This document shows positions 27,001-38,751 of a stretch of DNA of 64,000 nt, piece by piece (position 1 is the first letter of the stretch; each line of letters opens with the position of its first letter). A model generated the notes under the pieces. That model saw only the letters and a program-made list of their open reading frames with translations. It searched no databases and was not told where the DNA came from. This DNA is from Kudoa neothunni (taxonomy: Eukaryota > Animalia > Cnidaria), in contig OZ199839.1 in NCBI GenBank assembly GCA_964304625.1, forward strand, positions 4,389,292 to 4,453,291, given 5' to 3'. Made by a program: the position numbers and the translations under genes.

Positions 27001-27346
27001 GCGCAACTGGAATATTTTAGAAAGATCACGTGACTCAACCGCAGGCAGAATTTATACTGCCTACGGTCGGCCATTAAAAACGCAGTGATGCGCAGAATGA
27101 TGCGGCACGTGCTAGTCACGAAATTTTACATGGATTTTATATAACGATTAGAAGGCAGAGACGACTTGTGCCTATCTTGCTACTAATACCTCGAATTTTT
27201 TTCTAGCTTTATAATAATATTTAAATAATTATTGTAGTTTTGAGATAAAAGGAATTTTATCTTTAAAAATTAGTTAATTTTTCCCCAAATTTTTATTCAT
27301 CAAGGTAGGCACTGCCTACCTTGCCTACCCTGACAGCACGTGCCTG
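24077..27346 (-). mobile_element. hAT (Tip100/ZMYM1-like) transposon with frameshifted transposase, nested in the pogo element
   Basis: TIR CAGGCACGTGC(C/T)GT at both ends. Perfect 8-bp TSD TAATTAAT (24069-24076 and 27347-27354). Minus-strand fragments RTFNTSWYEK, LIKQELAFRGDHE...NRGNYLELL, AIEVDETTDISCTSQCSTILRYV, IAQTYDGA, TRWNS. Confidence 0.93.
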
Positions 27347-27637
27347 TAATTAATGTTCAATGCGCATGCGCCAAAAGTGTCGATTATCCACCACTGCCGG
27401 ATAATCGACACTTTTCCTCCAGTCCCATAGGGATTACGTTTTACCCGTCCACCCACTGTAACTCTATATCTCGTTAATTTTTTAATCGATTATAAATTTG
27501 GATACTGCTAAATAATAATTACATTAATATCTCGTAAAATACGTGTAAAAATATTTATGAATAAAAAAATTTAATATGAAATTGCTCAGTACTGCCAAGT
27601 AATTCCATATTGAGCAGTAATTCTAGAGCCCAGAAAT

Positions 27638-27749
27638 CCCGTTTTGATTCGACATTACGTGGTAAATTTGACCATGTCAAGGATACAGAATGATCCCGTT
27701 TGATTCGACATTACGTGGTAATTTGACCATGTCAAGGATACAGAATGAT
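27638..27749. repeat. Two-copy tandem duplication (57 nt + 55 nt)
   Basis: CCCGTTT(T)GATTCGACATTACGTGGTAA(A)TTTGACCATGTCAAGGATACAGAATGAT twice; the copies differ only in two homopolymer lengths. Confidence 0.9.
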
Positions 27750-28881
27750 GTTGAAGAGAATTTGAAATCATCAGTTGTAATAATTCAATAAATCAATGAA
27801 GAGTTTAAAATGAACAGCTTAGAAATTTGACCTTAGTAATAGAACAATTATGTCTTGGTAAAACATATACATTTAGATATGAGGAACATTCAACCCTCGA
27901 TAGAATCTTTTAGATGGAAGAAAACTTCCAGCTACTACGTCTCTAACAAACGAAAGCGTGAATGAATGAGAGACATCATTGGTGGTCTAATTTAATAGTG
28001 GGCCATGCGCCAGTATCTCTGATGATGACTGTCAAAGAAGTAATAATCGTCAACGGTCAACCTAAAATTAAGGATGTCTTAAGAACTATTAGACAACCTT
28101 TGCAAGCCAAGGTCCAGAAGGTCTATATGATTTACATCCTGCTACGGATCGAAAATCAGCATTGTAAAAGAGAGGGACCACAGATTAAAATGGAGGGCAA
28201 TTCTCTAAAGATAAAATGAAAAACAGACAAACCTTATTTCATTATGTAAATGAATTTATGTTAAAAGGGAGCCAACAAATGGTTTAATCGAATTTGTATT
28301 GCGTAGCAAGTTGGCGCTTCCAATTTACTACGCATTACCGAGGCACGACTGTAGTATTATCATCACGTTGTTTAAATAATTGTTTCTACAAATTAAAATT
28401 AAGGGTCGACGAATCAATCGCACTTAACCTTAACATCATTTTTGTACAAAATTTTTTATTTAATATACTTTTTATTATAACCGAAAACATGGGTGATAAA
28501 TAAGAGGATTAAATTGCAAGAGCTCACATTAAAATTAGGTTTTGTTGGCATGCGTCATGACGGCTCTAGGGCATCTTGGAACTCAGTCCCCATTTTAGTG
28601 CCCACGACCCCTCACCTACTGTATAACATATTCTAAAAAATTAAATCTGTATGCAGCTTTAAAATAAGAGTTTCTGGGATTAAAAATCTACATCGCACAA
28701 GGGTACAGGTCGTGTAGGGATAAAATTATTGAGCCAATGCCCCTGCCTTAAATAGTCATGCGCCGCCACGTGGCTGCAATAGTAGTGTTAGTTGCGTTTT
28801 GGAGGGGTTTGAATCTCTCTTTTCACTTTAACTGAATCATATATAGTTAAGATAATTTTTGAATTTATATCGCTGAGGTTC

Positions 28882-29670
28882 ATGGGAAATGCGACTGTGT
28901 TCAACCTGTCGGAAATATCAAATGATTTGGGTACAAAAATTTACTTTTGACAACTCTTAATCTGACTAAAGAAGAGATCAGGCACTGTTACAATAAATGC
29001 TTGAAAAGTATGCTCGATCATAAAGTTATTGCCGTTCCCACTGACACAATTTACGGAGTTGGCTGTATTCCATCCTCTGACATTGCTATCAACAAAATAT
29101 CAATGAAAGCTAGAGATTTAGATAAGCCATTAGCATTGTGCGTATCCGATTTCGAATCAATTTACAAGTAAAAATCTATCAAGTTACATACAAGTAATAG
29201 AACCTCCTATATAGATGGTCCGAGTGTAACTTAACACACGACGAACTTTCACTTTTCTTCCTGGAAAATGTACTCTCATATTCAAGCGTTCGTCGCTCTC
29301 TATAGTCATTAAATCCTGGAAATCAAACAATTGGCTTTCGAATACCTGAGGAGGATTTATCGTTAAGCTTTGCTCGCAATTACCCGAGAAATCGCTTGTG
29401 TTAACAAGCGCTAATATTAGCAATTCGATGAGTTCGCTTGTTCCTCAAGTTTATTAGACTTATTTTGTATTATCGGTGATATTTTTTAGGATTTTGAAAA
29501 ATTAAATGACGTATTGATGTTATTGTGGACAAAGGAAGTCCACTATCAGAGGATGGTTGTCGCCTAGGTTCAACTGTGATAGATATTTCAACGATCATCT
29601 CTTTACGATATTAAGAGAAGGTTCAAATTGCTCTCATTACAAGGAAATACTCACCAAGTTTAAAATATAA
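28882..29670 (+). CDS. YRDC: YrdC/Sua5 threonylcarbamoyl-AMP synthase, 4 exons, with five apparent frameshifts (sequence error or pseudogene)
   Basis: VIAVPTDTIYG, KARDLDKPL, LPGKCTLIFKR, LNPGNQTIGFRIP, LVLTSANIS, IDVIVDKG, CRLGSTVIDIS, ILREG appear in the correct order but in shifting frames. Confidence 0.85.
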
Positions 29671-30257
29671 ACAGATCTAACATTTTACCAGTAGAAATTA
29701 AAACAGCTTATTCTACTCAGTTGCGACGGTTGTTGTGGATCTTTTGTATTTTGGGTGGTTTCTTTTTGTTTCTCCGATATTATTTTAATAAATGTTCAAT
29801 TCTTGAATGGTAGACGTTCAATTGAAACTTGGTTTTCTGTAATTCCTTCCAATATATGCATTGATTGTCATGATGCACTTCCTAATTAATCATAAATTAA
29901 ACCTTAATACAATGAACAATATTATTAACTATTTAATCGAAGGTGTGAAAACTAATTTTTGAGAAATAGTGAATATTTTAAATAGTTAAATAAATGTTAT
30001 TCTATTTCAATTTTTTATAATTTTCTCAATTATTTTTAGCCCATCAGTTAACACTTTTATAAGTGCTGTATTTTCTATCACGCTCACTCAGACTCAGGAT
30101 AAACACACGCGGCCCGTTCAAGTCCGACTGCAATAGTATAGAGGTTGCTTAACAAGGCGGTGAAGCCGCCGCTAATTTATATATTATTTATAATCTCCAA
30201 CTATGAGCTAATGAGTTATTTTGTACACTTAATGTCATACATTATCTACGATGCTAA

Positions 30258-32233
30258 CCCATAGCGGGTTTTCGTTGCTTTTTCGGCTCTGGTATATGAC
30301 CGCCATAAAAACTTTCATTATTTTTAAAATTTTATTATTTTTTTCCCATCAATAATGAATGCATTTTTTATTTATTACTAAAGTATAATTATAGTTAATA
30401 ATGTATTTGTAAAGATATGATAATAAATAACTCATACCTTGTGCTTAGGTTATAATGCAACAAAAAATTATGATATAAGTCTCTTTGAAGAGTATTTTTG
30501 TAAATTTAGAAAATTATATTTAGTTGTATGATATAAATTCAATTTAAGAACTAAAGACTTATCTAAGATAAGTTATAACGGATGTAATGTGAAGCCATAA
30601 AAGCAACGAAGAACGACCGGCATGCTAAATCCCAATAATCCCACATTTGTTGCTTGAGAGATGAGGTATAGGAATTTGATCGACGCAGTTGATGAAATTG
30701 GTAATAATGATGATGAAATTAATTGCATCGATGTTGTAACATTACCCCCTGAAACAGTCGATATTTTAACGGACGAAGAAGAAAGTTTTGTCAGCCTAGA
30801 TTCAGACAATGTTGACATCAGGAATGTCCCCGAAGTTTGCGGGGAAGTTGAGATATTTTCAACATTAGATGATGGTCAGACTGCTGAGAACTTCAGTAGG
30901 CTAAGTGGAAAAATTCTTCATTCATCAAATTATCACCGATGCGGAAACTAATGTTTTTTCACAAAACAAAATGAATTGCCAACAAACGTTTCGCTCGAAA
31001 AATACGATTCACTTGAAGCATTTTATGGATTTTTTGATGAAAGTTTATTGATGCACATTGTTAAACAAAGTAATCTGTACGCTCGCCAGAAGAATGACCA
31101 TTCTTTCCACTTATCGTTAAAGGAACTAAAATCATTCATTGGTATTTGCTACTGTCTGGATATAATAAATTATCCCAACAACATATGTATTGGGAATCTG
31201 CAATGGACTCTGGAGTTGATATAGTCAGAAAATGCATGTCCTATAAACGCTTCAAGACTATAAAATCATATATTCATTTTAATAATAACGCCAATTTAGA
31301 TCCTGAAGATAAGCTCTTCAAACTTACACCAATAATAAAAAAACTGAATGAAAATTTTAAGAAATTTGGTATTTTCCATAATAACGTTTGTGTTGATGAA
31401 CAGATGGTTCCGTATACCGGTCACCACTCATGCAAATGTTTATGAGAGGAAAACCAATTCGGTTTGGTTTTAAGCAGTGGATGTTGACCTCTGCGGATGG
31501 TTTTGTGTATAGCTTTGACGTTTATACAGGCAAGTCAGCGAAATATGATAAATATTTTGGCCTCGGTGGCAGTGTTGTGCTGAATTTTGCGGACGATCTT
31601 AAGGATAAATCAAACGCTCATATTTATATGGACAATTTTTTTACATCCTATAAATTGTTCGTGAACTGAAGAAAGATCCCTCAAAGCAACCGGCACCGTG
31701 AGAACCAATCGTACTTCCAAATGCCCGCTTACAACAAATAAAGTGATGGAAAAATAAATTGTTAAACCATATTCGGAATATCGTAACATGTTTAATTAGC
31801 ATAAGTGACCATGAAAAACTACCAGAACATCGTCCCTATCCAAACTCCAAGCGTCATCATTGTGCAAAAAACCTTGCTTAATACCCATCCTGCAAAAAAG
31901 AAACGTAGATGTATAGTTTGTAAAAAAACTACAATACATTTATGTACGAATTGCCAATGTTATATGCACATAAAATGTTCAATAAAATTTCATAAGGCAT
32001 AATTATTTACAATTGTTCACTTTAAACCAGCTGTTATTTGTTTACCGCAAACACAACCTGCTACTGGAAATCGCACGTCGGTAGTTTTTCGTTGCTTTTT
32101 CGGCCAATACTAATTCAATTGTAATTCATTAAATATTTAATATTTCAAAAATCTATTGCATCAGTGTTAATTATTAATGATTTAATACATATATAAGTTA
32201 TAAATAAAATCTAAACATTGGACCCGTTATGGG
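30258..32233 (+). mobile_element. piggyBac element with frameshifted, internally deleted PGBD3-like transposase
   Basis: TIR CCCATA(G/A)CGGGT, flanks CTAA / TTAA. Internal direct repeat TTTTCGTTGCTTTTTCGGC near both ends. Fragments CVDEQMVPYTGHHS, MRGKPIRFGFKQW, IYMDNFFTSYKL, C-terminal RRCIVCKKTTIHLCTNCQCYMHIKCSIKFH. Confidence 0.92.
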
Positions 32234-32243
32234 TTAAATAATA

Positions 32244-35200
32244 GGTACATGCGTGTGGTAATGTCTATTGGCCCGGCAGATCAGTTTCACGATTTTGTAA
32301 TCTTTCAAGAGTAAAATTAGGATTTTAATTGCCTAACTGTTAAATTGCAACGTTTACGAACACATTTTTTAATATTCGAGTCGCTCAAGCTCAAGTGGGA
32401 ATTGTTACCGGCACAGCTTGATTATCGTTTTCAAATATTATATATTTAACTTATATTATATTTTTTTCGCCGAAATTTGAGAATAAATTGATCTGGTGAT
32501 CGCATCTAAATTAAACAGTGACGTTGAATTTTACGAACCTGTGTTTGTGTGTAGTGTGGTTATTCATACGCAATGAACAGCAACGAAAGTGGTGGAAGCA
32601 ACCATGATGTTAAAACTAACGAGAATAGTTTTTTCAACGTTGGTGATACGTTAATAGCTTTGAAGAGTTAAAGTGAAAATTGAACAGTTGGAATTACTCG
32701 ATAAATATACGATGTCCATATTAGATTGCAAAACCACTGAGAGTGGCCAAAAACGTTGTGATCGAGTGTTAAATCCATTATTAAAATATTATCAATTAAA
32801 ATTTTTCTGTATTCACCACGGAAAAAAGGTAAATCGTTTATTTTATTAATATTATTTTCATTTAAGGTTAATTATGTTTTGTCTTTAGAAATATTTTTAT
32901 TTAGTTGTTAAGTTCTTTATTGGTTTTATTATTTTAGAGAAAGCGATCAACTGGTCAACGTAATACGAACTCTTATTATAAAGGATGCCCAATGTTTTTA
33001 AGGTTTCTAATTGACGCAGACGGCAAAAAACTTGTGTTAAAATCTCTTAATTTATCACATAAATACGAGTCTCTTAGTTTACCCCAAAAATTTTTAGGAA
33101 GAAGGGAAATATGTTATATTGAAAAAGTTAAGAAACATTAAATATTCAATTAAATCCCATTCAGCCACACTTGATTTTTTGCTAACTCCAAAAAATAAAT
33201 CAAGTGTATTCATTGAAGTGCTAGAAGGTGGAAATAATTTTAAGAGTCTATTTTATCATGATTTAGACATGAAAAAATGCTTAACAGCTTACCCCGAAAT
33301 AATATTTGTTGTCGCCACATATAAATTATTATATTGTAGGGCTACAGTTTATTTTCTTGTGGTAATGGATGGAAGAGGAATGAGCGAGATAGTGGCAACA
33401 GGAATCCTCACTGAAGAAACAGAGGAAATACTATCAGGGTTTATTTAAACAATGTAAAAACGTAACCCAGTGATAGAAAACGAGACTAAAATTTTTATGA
33501 CAGATAAAGAAATGATGGAGCGAAAAGTTTGAAAAAATATTTCCCAAATGTTAACATTCAATTATGTCTTTATCATGTCTTAAAGGCATTTAATCGTGAA
33601 ATCAAAGTAGAGAAAATGAACATTAATTCTAAGGAAAAAGAAATTTCTCTATTTTATCTACAAAAAAATCTCATACGCCAAAAAATTTGAAGAATATAAT
33701 TCTATAAAAAACGATATAAGGATAACCTAGGAGAAAACGTTTATCGTTATTTTAGAAATAATTGGCATACAATCAAAGATGAATGGGTTATTGGTTTACG
33801 GAGATACGATGGAATGTTCCTAAATTTTAGCAATAACAGAATTGAAAGTGTCAATTCCAAAATGAAAAAAGTGATTCCATTATTTTCCTCTTTTGAATAA
33901 TTTTTCAAGAAATTTCTAGTTTACAAAAATACTTCAAGAATGGAGAAGGATAATAAGGCTGTTCAAGAAATTTTAAAGACATCTCAAAAATTTATGGATC
34001 GTGATATAATCGAGTGTTATAATTTTTTGACAAAATAGCCATTCCAAATGAATGTGCTAAAGTTCACCTATTGCTAGAAAACATCGTCGATGAAACTACT
34101 CCAGATGGTTTTAACGCGTCTACTAATGATAAATGTGATTGTCCATTTGGAATCAGCATGAATTTACCATGCTGCCACATATTTACATCTCGGAAAACGT
34201 GTAATCTTCCACTTTTTGATAAATCGTTGTGCTCTCAGAGATGGACGACAAATTACTTTATTGAAAATTCGAGATTAAAAGAAAATGTTTGTAAAAATAA
34301 TGATGTCGACTTTGAATGCGATTCGATTTCTTTCAGTTCCTTATCCAAAAATGTTCAATATTCAGAACAAAAAAAAATTCAATGAAGGTTCTAGATTGGT
34401 GAAAATTGTCGCTGCCAGAATCTCAGAAAAAACAGGTCCTGAATATAATTATTGGATTGATAAGCTGAAACAGTTAACGGAAGACAATGAAAATATTAAA
34501 AAAATTCCGCGAAACAAACTTAGCGATGATGACTCTATATTCTATATGTGAGGTCTCAACAACCTCAATCGAAAACATCACACTGTCTAGAAATGTTTTT
34601 CTATGTAATATAATGCAATATTAATTTTGATGTATTTAGATTCAGAATTACCTCAATGTCCTATAAACGAAAGTCAACAACTGTAAAACGGAATCCCTGC
34701 TAAAAGATTTATTCTAATTATAGGGAAAAATCAAATAATAATGAAAAAAACATTTACAATATCTGGTGAAAATAATAAAATTGCAAGTAATACAAAAGTT
34801 AATTATATTTTTGAAATAAAATGCAGAATTAATTCTGACCTCAAAATTCAATACAAAGGCCGCCCGAAAGGTTCATCTATGACTGTAATTGGTAAAAAAG
34901 ATCTAAAATACACATGAATTCGTTCATGAATTTAACTGAAATGCAAAAAATTTCGACTATATTATAAATTAGAAATTTTTTAAATCATTGATAGTTATGC
35001 CGAGCTGGTTTGTTGATAAAAATATTGCAAAAAAAGCTATGGTTAATAAAGAAAAAATCGATGTAAAGCACGTCGAGGTTTTTCCTAATAACGTAAGTGA
35101 CGCAATTCTTGACCAGAGGGTTTAAAATGATAAAATATTTCCTTATTTTACTGATGATACCATTAATAATATTATAACTATTATAAACAACGAAACTATT

Positions 35201-36358
35201 GTTGGTTATAGGTGCAGTATCTGTATAAACACGATTGGGAACATGGAATCACCTATAGGTTGTGATATTTGCTTAGAATGGAGTCATTTCAAATGTTAAA
35301 ATATTAGCATTAGCTCATATTCTAAGTATTGGTGTTGCGACGAATGTAAAAAATTATTCAAGAACAAATAACAGAACCAAATTTAAAACCTGAATAAAAA
35401 TATTTCTCCAACAAAAGAATAATCTTATTCGAATTATTTTCAAAATTATTTACAATTTTTCCTGAAAAAAATCCTTTGTATTGCAAGCAAAAATAACTCA
35501 CAATTAAATTATATTTTTAATTTCATGAATAATAGAATAAGTACTATTTCTTTTGCAAGCAGCACCGGTTATTTAAGTTAGATTTGTTCAAAACCTTCGT
35601 TTTATAAATTAATTTCTATAATGTCAATCAATTTCTATAATGATGATATATACGTAAAACCGTGGGGCGATGATTATGATGTCGTATATAATCAACATTA
35701 AAAAAGTTTCATGTTTAAGAATATACCAATATAATTAATATTTTTTCGAACTCGGAAGGAGATATTTACTTACTCATTCGAAATAGCATAAAGAGTTTAA
35801 TTTATTTAAATAGAAAGCACAATTTTGATAAAATTTCGATGCAAATTTTGTCAAGTTGCTTTACCGCTTAACTAAATGAATTTTTGTTTGTTATGCGTTA
35901 TGTAAACTAACCTACTGGTACGAATCAATATATCGAGATTGAATATAAATAAATTATCAGACTGATATAAATAATTATTAATTTGTTGTCCCAAATAGAA
36001 CTAAATATATCTCTACACTTATTTTTATATGCATTTTAAGGGGTAAACGTAACAAATAGTTATATCAACAGAATATGTAAATATGATGTAAATATTTCCA
36101 TAGAAAACTTAAGCTTTATTAATCCAATAGCTCATAAATGTTAGTTTATGTAAGAGTAGCATTTTCAAAGTCTAATAATGAAAATCTCGATTCTATCCGT
36201 GTCTAAATAGGTTTTTGAGTATTCTCTTTAATTAAACTTAATTGATAGATATACTTGTCATTAAAATGCTAATTAAAATATTAAATTTAATTGTATATCA
36301 ACTTAAAGTAACTTTATAGAGCATGCGATGCTAATCTGCCAGGCCAATAGTCACTTCC
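32244..36358 (+). mobile_element. Mutator-like (MULE) element with decayed ZSWIM3-type transposase, SWIM and PHD fingers
   Basis: 9-bp TSD TAAATAATA (32235-32243 and 36359-36367). TIR core TGTCTATTGGCCCGGCAGAT / ATCTGCCAGGCCAATAGTCA. Fragments YPEIIFVVATYKL...VMDGRGMSEIVA, FMTDKEMMER, QLCLYHVLKAF, SNNRIESVN, SWIM CDCPFGISMNLPCCHIF, PHD CSIC...GCDICLEWSHFKC...WCCDEC. Confidence 0.85.
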
Positions 36359-38751
36359 TAAATAATATTCTACATTATTGATCCTTTTCTATTTATTTTG
36401 TATTTTTGTTTGAAAAATTATTGGAAACTAAAATAGAAATAAAAATATATTTCGTTATATTTAAATTATAATATGTATGATAAAAAAGTATCACATAGAA
36501 CAGTCGAGAAAATTAAAAGTTTTAATAACGTAGTGATAACACTTTCAAATTTATTATAAAATCACCGTGACGGTGATAATCCACCTCAGGTAACGTTCAT
36601 ATAACAAAACATTGAGTTAGCTTTAGATTTTCACTATAATATATCTATAAATAATTTTTTAAAAATACACATAAAATGAACTGGAGAAATAATTTATGAA
36701 ATATCACAAAAATTAGTATTAAACAAAAATTAATTGTATTCAACTGATTTTGAATATCACAATAATTATTTTGATTATATAACTATAATAAATACCAGAT
36801 CTCTAAAATTAAATTGATTTTTAAAATTTCCATCTTAAGGGATGTTTTTTAAGGTGTTATTACAACCAACGTATAATCGATTCCAAGTAATTCTTAATAA
36901 TCATTATTTTATAAACGTTTCTCGTATTAATACTACTACTATTTAAATTGTTGTCGTTTTCTTATGAGCAGAAACATTTAAGTGGGTTAAGCACATCAGT
37001 TGAATATAATTGTTTCCAAGAATGAAATCATATCTAAGCAAAATTAATATTTGGGTATTAGATGATTCTATTTATTAAAACTTGAGTATTTATTTGTGAT
37101 TATATATTTATTACGTGGTCTTAACATAGTTATATATTGGGGATTAAATGTAAATAAAATGATCCATTAATATTTATTCTTATTTGAATAACTATGATTA
37201 ATGTGAGAGTTTAATTTTTGGATGTAAAATAATACGAATTAGGAGCATTATTAATACTCTTAATTTATGGAAAATGGTTATTTATGCTGTTCTTTAGAGT
37301 TAAAACATCGTTTTGAATTTCTTTATAATAAATAATCATACAAGAAACAATGCTGATTAACTGATTAAAACAAATATTGCAAATTTAAGCATAAGTTATG
37401 AACGAATATTTTTCTAGGGGATTTTATTCTGGATTTATATAACTAATTTGGACTTCTATTATATTTAGAGAAAAAAAAATATTTTAGCAATAATTCATTC
37501 ACTATTTCAAAATTACACGCTTTTTTATCATTGTTGGCACAAAAAGTTAATAATACCTAGAGATGAATTATAAATATACAATAAAATATTTTTTATATTA
37601 AGTGATTTTAAAATATGACATTGTTAAATCTAGAATTATGATTTCGCACAAAAAATCAGTTGTTAGACTCCTAATTTACCTACAAATGAGGAAACGGCCC
37701 ATATCAATCCGAGGAATACTAGGTATTGACATAAAGCTACATTGTCATCTTCCAATAAAAAGTCAATAGTATGTGTTAGGATAGAAATATAGATAGAAGT
37801 TGTCTATTGTTGGAATCCTCAAGGGATATTAAAATTAACACAAATACTCATAACCAATAAATAAAACTTCAAATATTTAATAATCATACATTATCCGAAT
37901 CGACGACACATTGAACTAACTGGTCCAAACTTTTATTTATATTTTTTTTCACAGAGTCTTTCTGAATGAAATTATTTCTGTAGACATTTATTTCTCTACT
38001 AATAGTTTCATTTTGACTCACACACTCTTCTATTTCAAGATATTGTTTTTCTAGGGCGTTTTCAAGGTATTCAACTAATAACTACGTAAAAATACAAAAT
38101 ATGGAGGTAATACTTCTTTTTAGCATTAAATCATTTTTCAATGGAATTATAATTCGTTTTTTGAATTTTTATTATTTTACATTATATTTTATGATGTATT
38201 CTTGTCGCTTTCGGAATAACAAAGTTAGCGTCCATTGATATAAATGTTACATGGTAAAAAATTTAATCAATCACTCATATCATAATCCAGCCTGGGTGAA
38301 ATATACGGTTTTCTGCATTCGAATAAATATCTTGTTGTATTATTGCAAGAAAAATGATTCGAATTTTCTAAATTTTGACTCACCTAACGATGACTCTAAG
38401 TTGTCAAGCTGCGACGTCTATCAATTAGAGGTGCCAATAAACCTTATTATAAACAATTAAGGAACAACCAGATCTCTTTAAATACCTGTTGTTATTACCA
38501 AACGGAACCCACTTTTGATTAATTCAATTAACGAATTCCATTTTTAGTCAAAAATTCTTACATTTGTTAAGCCTAGTTATTTTACGGTTACTTGGATTAA
38601 AATAATTTAATCAGACGCGACAATTTAAACAATAATGAATAAGAAAACGTGTCCAATATTTCTCCAAAGTGTGCATATTTTAACAGCTATCAACATCTGA
38701 CGTCAGCTGAAATTGAATAAAAATTAACACTACTGCACTTACCCCTTTTCG

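Larger units (their letters stand above)
22237..27458 (+). mobile_element. pogo/Tigger DNA transposon (Tc1/mariner superfamily) carrying a nested hAT
   Basis: TA|CAGTGGGTGACGGATAA ... TTACCCGTCCACCCACTG|TA, i.e. TIRs with a TA TSD. Encloses the Tigger-type transposase. Confidence 0.9.

Noticed and set aside
27638-27749. Direct repeat considered as CRISPR-like
   Set aside because: Only two abutting copies, no spacer, eukaryotic context, no cas genes.
27962-28219. 85-aa ORF, possible gag or zinc-knuckle remnant
   Set aside because: No complete CCHC motif, LTRs or pol fragments visible.
28545-28770. Degenerate inverted repeat, possible small MITE upstream of YRDC
   Set aside because: Too many mismatches and no TSD identified.
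30157-30176. GGCGG-TGAAG-CCGCC hairpin followed by GCTAAT (Helitron 3'-like)
   Set aside because: 5-bp stem, atypical spacing and no identifiable 5' end.
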